A stretch of DNA of 64,000 nucleotides from a virus (IMGVR_UViG_3300009154_000029); one strand, 5' to 3'. Shown: positions 37,190-46,602, counted from the stretch's first letter. Notes: generated from the letters alone by a model not told the origin. Translations and numbers: made by a program.

Positions 37190-38395
37190 ATGAAAAGACT
37201 AAAAAGTTTCGACTCCTTTATTAACGAAAAAGCAATTATGCCATCGGATTTCAAGGGAATGCTCGACGAAATGAGGGATTTGGTTACTTTTAGACCCCTT
37301 ACAATAGAACAGGTTAATCCTATAACAGTTCCATATGGGGTTCATTTTGTTTCCTATGATACTTTCTATAATGATTTACCTGAGCATTTAAAATCTACAG
37401 CACCTCCAAGGGGAACACCTATTTTCGGTCATATTGATGCTAACAATAGAATAAAGATAGTAGTATCTATACCTTTTATTGGTATTAGAGAATTGCCTTT
37501 CTTAAATCATATGATACAGCACGAAAGTGTTCACGTTGGACAATGGGGAAGAAGAGCTGGAAATGTTGAATGGACACTCCCAGATGCAAAAGATAGAAAA
37601 AGCTACTTTTCAAACAAGGATGAGATAATGGCTTTTTCACAATCTGTAGTTGAAATGATGATTACAACTCAGAACATTAGGAGTCTTAATGACGTTCAAT
37701 CTGCTTTGAATACCAATAGACTTTGGAGCGATATAAAAAAACATGTTGATCCAGAGGTACAAAACAGGTATCTTAAATACATTTACGAATACGCTAAAAA
37801 CTACTTAGAGCCAGAATCAGAGGTTGATTTAGGGTTTAAACAAATAATGAGTAGTAGGAATCAAGGTTTAAGTGAGGGTCTATCATATCATTTAGATCGC
37901 GAAATCCCACTATCAGAGAGCGTGTACAGAATAGGATCAGAATCTTGGATATCTATTATAAAAGAGGCAAGATCGCTTTGGGAATCAGGTGAAATTGAAT
38001 TAGACCCTGATGATCTTTTTCTTATTAGCACAGACGCAGGCGAAAGAGGGATTTATGAGGGTAGTGACGTTCTTCTGGAGATTCCTTTTGAAAACGAGGA
38101 AGTCGACGAGGATGAATATAAGGGTAAATCTGTTGACTTAAATAAGCCATTCAGAACTCCAGGTGGACCTAGAAAATTCTCAGTATATGTTAAAGATGAT
38201 AAGGGGAAAGTGGTTAAGGTAAATTTCGGACAGCCTGGAATGAGGGTCAATAATGCAGATCCCGAAAAGGCAAGATCTTTCAGAAAAAGAATGGTTTGTG
38301 AAAAACCTGGACCTAAATGGAAGGCTAAGTATTGGGCTTGCAATGTTGGTAGATACGCTAAATTATTAGGACTTTCATCTAGTAGACCATGGTAA
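37190..38395 (+). CDS. N-tagged multidomain protein: HExxH zincin-like plus C-terminal phage domain (RxSF..R..C, DUF6321-like)
   Basis: QHESVH; KVNFG...ARSFRKRMVC...KYWAC. Confidence 0.7.
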   Translation: MKRLKSFDSFINEKAIMPSDFKGMLDEMRDLVTFRPLTIEQVNPITVPYGVHFVSYDTFYNDLPEHLKSTAPPRGTPIFGHIDANNRIKIVVSIPFIGIRELPFLNHMIQHESVHVGQWGRRAGNVEWTLPDAKDRKSYFSNKDEIMAFSQSVVEMMITTQNIRSLNDVQSALNTNRLWSDIKKHVDPEVQNRYLKYIYEYAKNYLEPESEVDLGFKQIMSSRNQGLSEGLSYHLDREIPLSESVYRIGSESWISIIKEARSLWESGEIELDPDDLFLISTDAGERGIYEGSDVLLEIPFENEEVDEDEYKGKSVDLNKPFRTPGGPRKFSVYVKDDKGKVVKVNFGQPGMRVNNADPEKARSFRKRMVCEKPGPKWKAKYWACNVGRYAKLLGLSSSRPW

Positions 38396-38661
38396 AATTT
38401 CCATTCAAAGAAAAGCATATAGAAAAATCGATCTATGAAAGATCTTTTAGTGAGAATCTAGAAGGAGAGGATCTTAAATGGCATTGGGATGAAGAAGATC
38501 GAATAATAACACCATTGCACGAAACCAATTGGATGTTTCAGTTTGATAACAAGCTTCCTCAAAAAATAGAGGGACCCATCGAAATCCCAAAAGGAGTTTG
38601 GCACCGTCTTTTAAAAGGAAATGGAGATTTAACTTTAGAAGTCAGAAAAATAAAAAAATAA
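38389..38661 (+). CDS. Small cupin-like protein
   Basis: LKWHWDEEDR...IPKGVWHRLLKG. Confidence 0.7.
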   Translation: MVKFPFKEKHIEKSIYERSFSENLEGEDLKWHWDEEDRIITPLHETNWMFQFDNKLPQKIEGPIEIPKGVWHRLLKGNGDLTLEVRKIKK

Positions 38662-38663
38662 AA

Positions 38664-38867
38664 ATGGAAAACTTAAAAAACTACAGCAATTTTCTTTTTG
38701 AAAGAGCAGGTATAAGCAGTGCAATATACAAGCCATTAAAAGATTACTTCGAAGAAACAGATTCACCTAACTTTTTTATAGCTAAAAAGTATGTTGCTAG
38801 TAAAGTTGACGGCTGGGAACTTAGCAAAGAGGATTTCAACGAAGCTAAGAAAAAATTTAAAAAGTAA
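38664..38867 (+). CDS. N-tagged (MENLKNYSNFLFE) small protein
   Basis: Start reassigned. Confidence 0.75.
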   Translation: MENLKNYSNFLFERAGISSAIYKPLKDYFEETDSPNFFIAKKYVASKVDGWELSKEDFNEAKKKFKK

Positions 38868-39449
38868 TTGAAGCACATTAGACTATTTGAAGACTTCGAC
38901 TTGGATAAATTTCTATCAGATCCAAATTCACAGTTCCATGATGATTCCGATCCAGTAATCGTGGAGGGCGATTGGATTAACTCATATAGAGGACCAGGCC
39001 AGGTCGTTTCCATCTCTGGTGACATGACTAAGGTTCAGCTTATTAGCGGATCCCAACAAATAGTTACAGTTCCATATGAATCATTGACAAAGATATCAAA
39101 AAGTCAAGCTATGGAGATCTATAAAAGGCTTCCAAATACCAAAAAAGAGTTGGAAGATATTTTAGCTCAAATGAGGGAATATAGTGAAATTTCAATATCT
39201 GACGATAATTCAGGTGATCCTGTTTTTTCAGGGGATCCTCAGAAAGCATCAGAATATATGGAGGATATATTAGTAGAACTTATAGATTTAAAAAACAAAG
39301 ACCCCTATGTTCCATATTACACCAATTACGGTGATATAATATCCACAGTTTCTATGCTATGCGATAGCATTCTCGATTCTATAGAAGATCCTAAATTAAG
39401 GGACAGGATCGAATTTATGCAGGATAAATACTACGAGATCTCGGTTTAA
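38868..39449 (+). CDS. N-tagged (MKHIRLFEDF) acidic protein
   Basis: TTG start directly after previous stop. Confidence 0.8.
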   Translation: MKHIRLFEDFDLDKFLSDPNSQFHDDSDPVIVEGDWINSYRGPGQVVSISGDMTKVQLISGSQQIVTVPYESLTKISKSQAMEIYKRLPNTKKELEDILAQMREYSEISISDDNSGDPVFSGDPQKASEYMEDILVELIDLKNKDPYVPYYTNYGDIISTVSMLCDSILDSIEDPKLRDRIEFMQDKYYEISV

Positions 39450-39485
39450 ATATATAGGGTGTAATTGTAATAAAATGCCGCCCTC

Positions 39486-39926
39486 TTGGAAAGAATTCAT
39501 AAAGATAGGATATTAAGGGTCTGGAGTTTAATAGTCTTTAGAAAGGGTAAATCCAAGTATAAAAAGGATATACCCAAACTTATTCTTATTACAGGCTCCA
39601 ATAAAACCCAGATCATTGGTAGATACCTACCATATGAAAACTCCATTCTTGTTTGGTGTAAATCCCATTATGACTTTAAAGAACTAACGTCAACCATATT
39701 ACACGAATATACTCACTATTTACAATTTTGGCCTTGGTATCAAAGGTATGCAAAAATCTACACATACAAAGAAAACCCATATGAGATTGAAGCTAATCTC
39801 TCTGAAGCTGAAGCCCCTAGCTTAATAAAGGAAATATCTGAAAATAGATGGGAAAAAAATGTAAAAAATCAGGGGATTAGAACGATATACGAGTCAGCTG
39901 ATGATTCTGTTATTGTTAAGTTTTAA
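39486..39926 (+). CDS. Zn metallopeptidase-like protein (HExxH)
   Basis: TILHEYTHYLQ...NPYEIEA. Confidence 0.75.
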   Translation: MERIHKDRILRVWSLIVFRKGKSKYKKDIPKLILITGSNKTQIIGRYLPYENSILVWCKSHYDFKELTSTILHEYTHYLQFWPWYQRYAKIYTYKENPYEIEANLSEAEAPSLIKEISENRWEKNVKNQGIRTIYESADDSVIVKF

Positions 39927-40190
39927 AGGGTCTCACTTGGATGCCATTCGTCATCCCGATTTTCAAAAGATTCCTTAATTTCTCTTACCTCTTTAATCCC
40001 AATTACAGCTTTATTTTTCTTACTAATTAACTTTTTTATTTTATCTATTACCTTAGATTTTGGTCTATCTTTGCATTTTAAAATCCTTTTCATGTTAGTA
40101 AATGTTCTATTTTCAAGACCTATATATTTTTTGATCCGTGATTTCTTTTTGTTTTAGATATATAAATAAGAAATAAATTAAAATTTATTA

Positions 40191-41036
40191 ATGGTAGAGG
40201 TAAAATATGGTTCTGAAATAACTGATATTAGTAGGTTCGTAGATGCCCTATCTAATCACGAGAAGGTAACCTTCGTTACAACTTCTTCAAGAAGTGAGTA
40301 CATTTTGAAGAAAGGCGAAGCCCCTAAATCCTCACAGTTAGCTAGAAATGTTGCAGAAGCTTTAGAAAGAAGAGGTGTTGAAGTTAATGTTATAGATGCA
40401 ACAAAATTAAACATACACAATTGCTTAGGTTGCGTTAGTGAACAACACGGGAATCATTGTGGTGCAAAAGAAGCTAGCGTTAAAGATAGCGAAAAGAATC
40501 CTAATGGACTTTTAAGATGCTGGGCATCTCATGACTATGAAGAAGATGAGCTATGGAAGATTTCGAAATCAATCTATGAAAGTCAGGCAGTTATATTCTT
40601 CGGATCACAGAGATGGGGGAGTGTTAATGCAATGTATCAGAAAATAATAGAAAGACTGGACTGGATCGAGAATATGCACACCACTCTAGGTGAGGAAAAT
40701 TCGGTACAGAAAATACAAGCAGGATTAGTCTTAATTGGGCAAAACTGGAGGGTTAAAGAAAGTATAGATCTACAGAAAAAAGTATTAGATTTTTTTGGGT
40801 TTGAAATAAACGATAGTCTTTTTATAGGATGGCAATATACGAGAGATAATCTTGACGAATCTAAAAACTCATACAAAAATACAACGGAGACGTTTGAAAA
40901 CTCCTTTAATATTCCACTTTATCATTGGGATAAAAAAGAGGGGGAAGAGCTTAGTTCAGAAAAAACATCAGTTTCAGAATCATATAAAAACATAGACTCT
41001 TTTGATTCTTTTTTAGAAAGAATAAAATACATTTAA
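40191..41036 (+). CDS. Flavodoxin-fold FMN reductase / iron-sulfur flavoprotein-like
   Basis: TTSSR FMN loop, CLGC...HC...RC cluster motif, FFGSQRWGS. Confidence 0.75.
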   Translation: MVEVKYGSEITDISRFVDALSNHEKVTFVTTSSRSEYILKKGEAPKSSQLARNVAEALERRGVEVNVIDATKLNIHNCLGCVSEQHGNHCGAKEASVKDSEKNPNGLLRCWASHDYEEDELWKISKSIYESQAVIFFGSQRWGSVNAMYQKIIERLDWIENMHTTLGEENSVQKIQAGLVLIGQNWRVKESIDLQKKVLDFFGFEINDSLFIGWQYTRDNLDESKNSYKNTTETFENSFNIPLYHWDKKEGEELSSEKTSVSESYKNIDSFDSFLERIKYI

Positions 41037-41053
41037 CATTTAGAATGCCCAAT

Positions 41054-41084
41054 AAAAAAAGTCCAGTAATACTGGACTTTTTTT
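41054..41084. terminator. Bidirectional terminator
   Basis: AAAAAAAGTCCAG-TAATA-CTGGACTTTTTTT. Confidence 0.85.
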
Positions 41085-41102
41085 ATAAGATCTAATTTAA
41101 TA

Positions 41103-43421
41103 TTATCTTCTTGCTGTAAGATTTGGATTAACTGCTTTACCCTTAGTTGTAGGAGTAGAAGCTGGTGCTGCCGGTTTAGCTGCTGCTGAAGGTGCTGCCG
41201 GTTTAGCTGCTGGTGCTGCTCCTGGTTTAGCTACTGGTGCTGCTCCTGGTTTAGCTGCTGGTGCTGCTCCTGGTTTAGCTACTGGTTTAACTCCTTTTTT
41301 AGTTCCTTTAATCGTTGTCCATTTAGCTAAATTTGTAAGATACAAGTTTGTTGATTTAAGTGCTGAAGAGATACCAGCTTTTGCACTTCCGCTAAATTTA
41401 GAAATTACATTTACTGATGCTTGTCCGCCTTTGATTGAATTAGTTTTAACTGTTTTATGGTTAGTGATGATTTGACTTAGAATCTTTTTAGATGCAGATT
41501 TGTCTTTTGCATTAAGAGCCTTCGATGCTATAATTTTAGCTTCGGCAGTATTTTTGGCCTTTTCCCAATTTAGTCCTAAGCTTTTTCCTAAAGGCTTTAA
41601 TATATTTAATGCTAAGTTAGATGCTACTTCACCAGCCTTTCCTGCAGGGGCTAGAGAAGCTCTCATAGAGCAAAGAAGTGTATACATTCCTTGTGCTGAT
41701 CCTTTTAATGCTTGAGAACATGAAGTAATATAGCCAGTCCAAAGTGCACCTGCATTAAGACTAGCAGTTGATAATTTCTTAGAAAGACCCTTGGCATTCC
41801 ATTTTTGAACTTGAGCAAGACCGTGGGCTACGCTAGATACGCAAGCCATTGTTCCAGGTTTTGCATATTTATAAGAAGATATAGCTATATTGTTCATTGC
41901 GTTTGCAGTTGGAACAGTAGCTAAAGCTACACCCTCTGTTGTATAGATCAGTGCTTTACCTGCTGCTTTTTCAGCTAGTGCTATCCAGCCATATCTCTTT
42001 GCGAAATTCTTACGCTTTTTAAGTATAGTTAATTTTGCAGCTGCATCTTTTCTTGGAAGAGCAACTACGTATTGAGCGCCATTTACATTAATAATAGTCA
42101 TGGTATCAAATACTCCATAAAGTGCTCCTGATTTTAGAATGCCACCTTGTGCTTTTTTACCACCCTTGATTGCTAAATACTTAGAGAAAGCTTCGTTCGG
42201 AGTTTTCCCTGCAATCTTTTTGCCGTCTGGGCTCTTTACATAAATGTCTTGAGCTTTCTTTAAAGATTCACCTTTAATCCCCTTCTTTATTAGCATTTGT
42301 TTAATGCCTTCCTGTCCTATTTGGTTCGTTGGCTTTATACCATATTTAGCTTGGAATGCTTTAAGTTTGGCTTCCGATTCTTTATCAAAAACACCAGTTG
42401 GTTTTGCACCAATCAAATTTTGAAGGATTTTTACAGGTTCACCCTTTGAACCCGGCTTTACCACAGCTGCTGTTTTAGCTCCAGATTTAGGATTTCCTAA
42501 AAGTTTTACGAATTCTGCTACTGCTTTTTTAAGCTTGCCTCTCTTCACACCTTTATCAATAAGCATTTTTTGATATGTAACAGGTCCAACTAAACCATCA
42601 ACTTTTTTAAACTTCATATCTTTCTTGAAGTCCATTACTTCTTGTTCCATTTCTTTATCGAAAGTTCCACTAGGGTTTAGATCTAGAGCAGATTGTACTT
42701 TTTTAACTGCTTCACCCTTATCATTAAGCTTTACAAATTTTTTCCCTGCTCCGGCTGCTCCTTGTTTTTTTGGAGTCTTTAAAGCAGCAATACCTTTAAC
42801 GAATTCTGCTACTGCTTTTCTAAGTTTTCTTCTTCTTAGTCCCTTAGCCATAAGCATTTTTTGATATGCAAATGCTCCAACAACTCCATCAGCTTTTTTA
42901 AACTTCTCATCCTTTTTAAAATCTATAACCTCTTGTTCTAGCTCTTTATCAAAAACATCAGTTTTTGAATCTAAATCTAAAGCAGCTTTTACCTTGCTAA
43001 CAATAGGTCCTTTATCACCCAATTTTAAATATAGCTTGCTTTTAGGCTCGTCAGCTTCTTCAATAAGGTCATGATCTAAATCTATTGAAAAATTAAAATC
43101 TTCTTCGTCCAGATCATCATAAGTATCATAATCCTCATCCAATTCATCTTCGTCCTCATAAATGTCATCATCTTCGTCTTCTAATACTTTAGGCTTAGCT
43201 GGGGCTGGAACTGCACCAGGCTTTAAAGGTTTCTTACCCCTTTTACTTCCACCAAAAGCTGAAAGCATGTCTGTAATTTTTTCTTTAGCTAGACCCGTTT
43301 TAGGATCCATAACAGATTCCTCAGGCTTAGAAGGTTTTGGGATAACTGAGTTTGCTTCAAACACAAATCCGTAGGTTTCATACATTTGCTCAAACCCCGA
43401 GAATTTTAATAATTTTTCCAT
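41103..43421 (-). CDS. Large basic protein with 3 PG-binding-like repeats, acidic linker and AKP(G)AAP tail
   Basis: LKLGDKG..V..V...L...DGVVG repeats; KPGAAPAA tandem repeats at C-terminus; N-tag MEKLLKFSGFE. Confidence 0.8.
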   Translation of the reverse strand: MEKLLKFSGFEQMYETYGFVFEANSVIPKPSKPEESVMDPKTGLAKEKITDMLSAFGGSKRGKKPLKPGAVPAPAKPKVLEDEDDDIYEDEDELDEDYDTYDDLDEEDFNFSIDLDHDLIEEADEPKSKLYLKLGDKGPIVSKVKAALDLDSKTDVFDKELEQEVIDFKKDEKFKKADGVVGAFAYQKMLMAKGLRRRKLRKAVAEFVKGIAALKTPKKQGAAGAGKKFVKLNDKGEAVKKVQSALDLNPSGTFDKEMEQEVMDFKKDMKFKKVDGLVGPVTYQKMLIDKGVKRGKLKKAVAEFVKLLGNPKSGAKTAAVVKPGSKGEPVKILQNLIGAKPTGVFDKESEAKLKAFQAKYGIKPTNQIGQEGIKQMLIKKGIKGESLKKAQDIYVKSPDGKKIAGKTPNEAFSKYLAIKGGKKAQGGILKSGALYGVFDTMTIINVNGAQYVVALPRKDAAAKLTILKKRKNFAKRYGWIALAEKAAGKALIYTTEGVALATVPTANAMNNIAISSYKYAKPGTMACVSSVAHGLAQVQKWNAKGLSKKLSTASLNAGALWTGYITSCSQALKGSAQGMYTLLCSMRASLAPAGKAGEVASNLALNILKPLGKSLGLNWEKAKNTAEAKIIASKALNAKDKSASKKILSQIITNHKTVKTNSIKGGQASVNVISKFSGSAKAGISSALKSTNLYLTNLAKWTTIKGTKKGVKPVAKPGAAPAAKPGAAPVAKPGAAPAAKPAAPSAAAKPAAPASTPTTKGKAVNPNLTARR

Positions 43422-43484
43422 ATTTTAGAAGTTGTTTTAATTTTTTATATATCTTCCTCGCTTATCTTTTTTTAAACTTTTGTA

Positions 43485-43958
43485 CTACTTTAGAGTGACT
43501 AGATATTGGTTCCGATCAACCAGACCTAATATCTCGTCTATTATATTAATAAGCTCTGGATCATCATCTTTATTAAATAAAGATTTACAGTTTACTGAAT
43601 AGCATTTAGTTAGGTGCTCGATAAATTCACTTAAATCCCCCTCTTTTGGATTCTCATAATTAAGGATATTTAAACTTCTATTATCCTTGCCCAAAACAGG
43701 CTTTCCGTATTTACCCATAACAGCCTCTGCTAATTTGTCACCAAGCTCCAAAAACTCTTCAAAGAATTGATCGAGCGTTTCGTGCTGTCCCTTATATTCA
43801 CATTGCCAGTGAAGAAGTTTTGCCTGAGCCAAATTCTGAAGGACCATCTTAAATATACTACCGTATTTGTCTTTATCCGAATTCTGCTTAATTTTACCAT
43901 ATCCAGAGGATCTTGGTATAACATCTCCAAAAGCACTAAGACTTAATATTCTATCCAT
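43485..43958 (-). CDS. Ferritin/Dps-like four-helix protein (DUF5856-like)
   Basis: LLHWQCEYKGQHETLDQFFEEF...LAEAVMGKYG. Confidence 0.65.
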   Translation of the reverse strand: MDRILSLSAFGDVIPRSSGYGKIKQNSDKDKYGSIFKMVLQNLAQAKLLHWQCEYKGQHETLDQFFEEFLELGDKLAEAVMGKYGKPVLGKDNRSLNILNYENPKEGDLSEFIEHLTKCYSVNCKSLFNKDDDPELINIIDEILGLVDRNQYLVTLK

Positions 43959-44142
43959 GGGGTGAAAACTTTTTTATATATATCTATAGGGGTTTAAACA
44001 AACCCTGCACATTTTAGATTTTAAATGGTCCTTTTGATATATAGGAAAGATCAATTAAAACAAATTTAAGAAATATTTTTAAAGTGGGATCGAAACCCAA
44101 ATTTGAAATATAACTATAAAATCAAACAAAAATTAAAAAAAC

Positions 44143-44322
44143 ATGAAAAAAACATTTGCATTGATTGCCTTATCAGCTATTTTAGGATTGACTTCTTGTG
44201 GCGGTGCTTCAACATCAACTCCTGCTACTACTGATAGCACTCACGTAGATTCTACTAAAGCTACTGTTGATACTGTTAAAGCTACAGTTGACACAACAGC
44301 AGTTGATAGTACTAAGAAGTAA
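44143..44322 (+). CDS. Small Thr-rich lipoprotein (59 aa, not in ORF track)
   Basis: MKKTFALIALSAILGLTSC lipobox; DST repeats; terminator at about 44346-44377. Confidence 0.8.
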   Translation: MKKTFALIALSAILGLTSCGGASTSTPATTDSTHVDSTKATVDTVKATVDTTAVDSTKK

Positions 44323-44424
44323 TCTTGGAAAAAATTAGGAAATCAGAAAAGCTTAGATAAATTCTAAGCTTTTTTTTATGGGATAATGAAATTTTAATAC
44401 ATATTAGCAATAATAGTATCACAC

Positions 44425-44555
44425 ACAGGAGTGGCGGAAGGGGATTAAGCCGGCTTAAGCCCTAATGTTAGACGTAGCCTTTTTAGATTTCCGGGATTTA
44501 ATTAGGTCAGTTGCAGAGTAATCGAACTGTGAAGGTGCGAGTCCTTCCTCCTGTA
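44425..44555 (+). ncRNA. tRNA-shaped RNA (131 nt) with D-loop and anticodon-loop insertions
   Basis: Acceptor ACAGGAG/CTCCTGT+A; T-arm GAAGG-TGCGAGT-CCTTC; Leu-type D elements separated by an inserted hairpin. Confidence 0.7.
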
Positions 44556-44560
44556 CAAAT

Positions 44561-44641
44561 GGCCCTCTGGTGGAACGGTAGACACTTAGGTCTTAGGAAC
44601 CTATGCCGAGAGGCGTGAGAGTTCGAATCTCTCGGGGGTCA
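44561..44641 (+). tRNA. tRNA-Leu(TAG), class II
   Basis: TAGGT-CTTAGGA-ACCTA, long variable arm, canonical T-arm. Confidence 0.92.
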
Positions 44642-44661
44642 CTTTAAAAAAATTCTACAGA

Positions 44662-45087
44662 ATGAGAAAGATCTCAATTTACCTCGACGATATCAGAATA
44701 CCTATCGAACACCCAGAAAACAAAATATGGGAGATAATTAGAAGCTATGAAGATTTTGTGGAAGTTGTAGAGTTAGTTGGTTTAGATAATATAGATATTA
44801 TTTCACTAGATCACGATCTAGATCCTTCTGCGACAAAGCACTTTCTCGATGAGGTTCTTCTAACTTATCAAATTGACTATTCTAAGATAGAAGAGAAAAC
44901 TGGATTGGATGTTGCCAAATGGTTAATAATGCATTCTATAGAGACCGGAAAGAAATTACCTCTCTGTTACGTTCACTCTGCAAATCCTATAGGTGCAGCA
45001 AATATAGAGGGCCACATAAATCTCTATTTGAAAAAATGCAGAATGCCAGAGAACTGTGTTAGAGCCAAATGGAAATGTGTCAGATAA
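44662..45087 (+). CDS. Cyclic-phosphate-processing receiver-like domain protein
   Basis: IYLDDIR, ISLDHDL, VHSANPIG motifs. Confidence 0.7.
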   Translation: MRKISIYLDDIRIPIEHPENKIWEIIRSYEDFVEVVELVGLDNIDIISLDHDLDPSATKHFLDEVLLTYQIDYSKIEEKTGLDVAKWLIMHSIETGKKLPLCYVHSANPIGAANIEGHINLYLKKCRMPENCVRAKWKCVR

Positions 45088-45105
45088 TTGATTTAATTTT
45101 AGAAC

Positions 45106-45324
45106 ATGCCATATACACTTTATTACCCAGCTTATGATATCAACGTCGATCCCATTGACGGTGAAATAAATTTACCTATTTGTAAATGCCCAGAGGAGGA
45201 TGGATGTATATTTATGAAGAATTGGATTAGCGACGGAAAGCCTACACATATACCAAAAGACGAGCTTGATACTCTAAATTCAGAGAAAAATATAACAGAT
45301 AGCGAGCCTTTTGTTTTCGAATAA
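45106..45324 (+). CDS. Hypothetical protein
   Basis: 72 aa ORF. Confidence 0.65.
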   Translation: MPYTLYYPAYDINVDPIDGEINLPICKCPEEDGCIFMKNWISDGKPTHIPKDELDTLNSEKNITDSEPFVFE

Positions 45325-45387
45325 TTCGCACTAATATTTTTTATTCCGTGATTACCCTTTAATTTTGTGTTCATAAAATATAAAAAT

Positions 45388-45582
45388 ATGGACAACCCAC
45401 TAAAACCGACGAATGAAGAATTCCAAAGAGCAGGTTTATTAGCTGTGCTAGCTCAATTTGCGACAAATCCAAACGTAGAGATCCACACACAATTATCTAT
45501 AAAGCAAGCAACGATGAATGTCTTAAACCAGCATCCAGTTAATGACAGAGTTGAAAATATAGTCAGAATTAAAATGAGATAA
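45388..45582 (+). CDS. Hypothetical protein
   Basis: 64 aa ORF. Confidence 0.65.
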   Translation: MDNPLKPTNEEFQRAGLLAVLAQFATNPNVEIHTQLSIKQATMNVLNQHPVNDRVENIVRIKMR

Positions 45583-45594
45583 ATAAAGCAATAC

Positions 45595-45668
45595 ACGGGT
45601 GTGGTGCAATGGTAGCATACAGGTCTCCAAAACCTTTGATGGGAGTTCGAATCTCTCCGCCCGTGCCA
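45595..45668 (+). tRNA. tRNA-Trp(CCA) with encoded CCA end
   Basis: CAGGT-CTCCAAA-ACCT; acceptor ACGGGTG/CGCCCGT. Confidence 0.92.
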
Positions 45669-45672
45669 GATT

Positions 45673-45745
45673 GCTCTTGTAGTTCAATGGATTAGAACAC
45701 TTGACTACGGATCAGGAGATAAGGGTTCGAATCCTTTCGAGAGCA
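45673..45745 (+). tRNA. tRNA-Arg(ACG)
   Basis: CTTGA-CTACGGA-TCAGG. Confidence 0.92.
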
Positions 45746-45786
45746 CAGCTCCAGATCTGGTTAAAACCAGTAGTTACCACATTTAT

Positions 45787-45858
45787 TGCCGCATGATGTA
45801 ATGGTTAGCATCACAGATTTTGATTCTGTTCGTATTGGTTCGAGTCCAGTTGCGGTAA
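45787..45858 (+). tRNA. tRNA-Gln(TTG)
   Basis: ACAGA-TTTTGAT-TCTGT. Confidence 0.9.
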
Positions 45859-45952
45859 CATAGAAATCTAAAATATTTTTTGACTGAACAGAAACATTAT
45901 CTTTGATCTGTTAGTACAAAAATTAAGGTCTTTGACATATTGGTTAAAAAAT

Positions 45953-46024
45953 GCCGCGTTGGTCAAGAGGTTAAGACGCCTCCCTTTCACGGAGGAATCA
46001 CGGGTTCGAGTCCCGTACGTGGTA
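45953..46024 (+). tRNA. tRNA-Glu(TTC)
   Basis: CCTCC-CTTTCAC-GGAGG. Confidence 0.93.
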
Positions 46025-46175
46025 CAGCCCGGATAAAATGCGTAGATAAAATAGCTGTGAGAGCAGTGACGCAAGGGTACACACTTAGGACAGGTAGAAA
46101 TGCCCATCTCTCTTATGGTGTGTGAAGCGGTTTAACAACCTCGGGATTCCTGATAAATTTTATCATCCGGTTTAA

Positions 46176-46249
46176 GGATCGGTAGTTCAGTTGGTTAGAA
46201 TGCTGCCCTGTCACGGCAGAGGTCGCGGGTTCGAGTCCCGTCCGTTCCG
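46176..46249 (+). tRNA. tRNA-Asp(GTC)
   Basis: CTGCC-CTGTCAC-GGCAG. Confidence 0.93.
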
Positions 46250-46507
46250 CAATCAGCCCCGTTGGCCAGGGGATCGAAATACAGGATAGACATCCCATAA
46301 GAACTGTCCGCATATATCCTCCTAATCGTTAGTAGGCACAGAGGCAACACTGGAGGTTTTTTTGTAAATGTTGTAGGTTTGCCCGTTTAAAACCAAATAA
46401 GGTGAAATAGAATGTAAACCCAACAAGTGTATGTTAGTAGTTTACTGACTAACTTAAACTAAATAGGAATATCTTTTTATCGTTGGTGTCCTTAAAAATG
46501 GGAACAT

Positions 46508-46590
46508 AGTCAGGTGGTGGAATTGGAAAGACACTAGGGAAACCTTCCCGAGAATGAAAGTTCATACAGGTTCGAATCCTGTCCTTACTA
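46508..46590 (+). ncRNA. tRNA-shaped RNA with collapsed anticodon loop
   Basis: Acceptor AGTCAGG/CCTTACT+A; T-arm ACAGG-TTCGAAT-CCTGT; anticodon arm GGGAA-ACC-TTCCC. Confidence 0.7.
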
Positions 46591-46602
46591 CAAAAATAAA
46601 AT

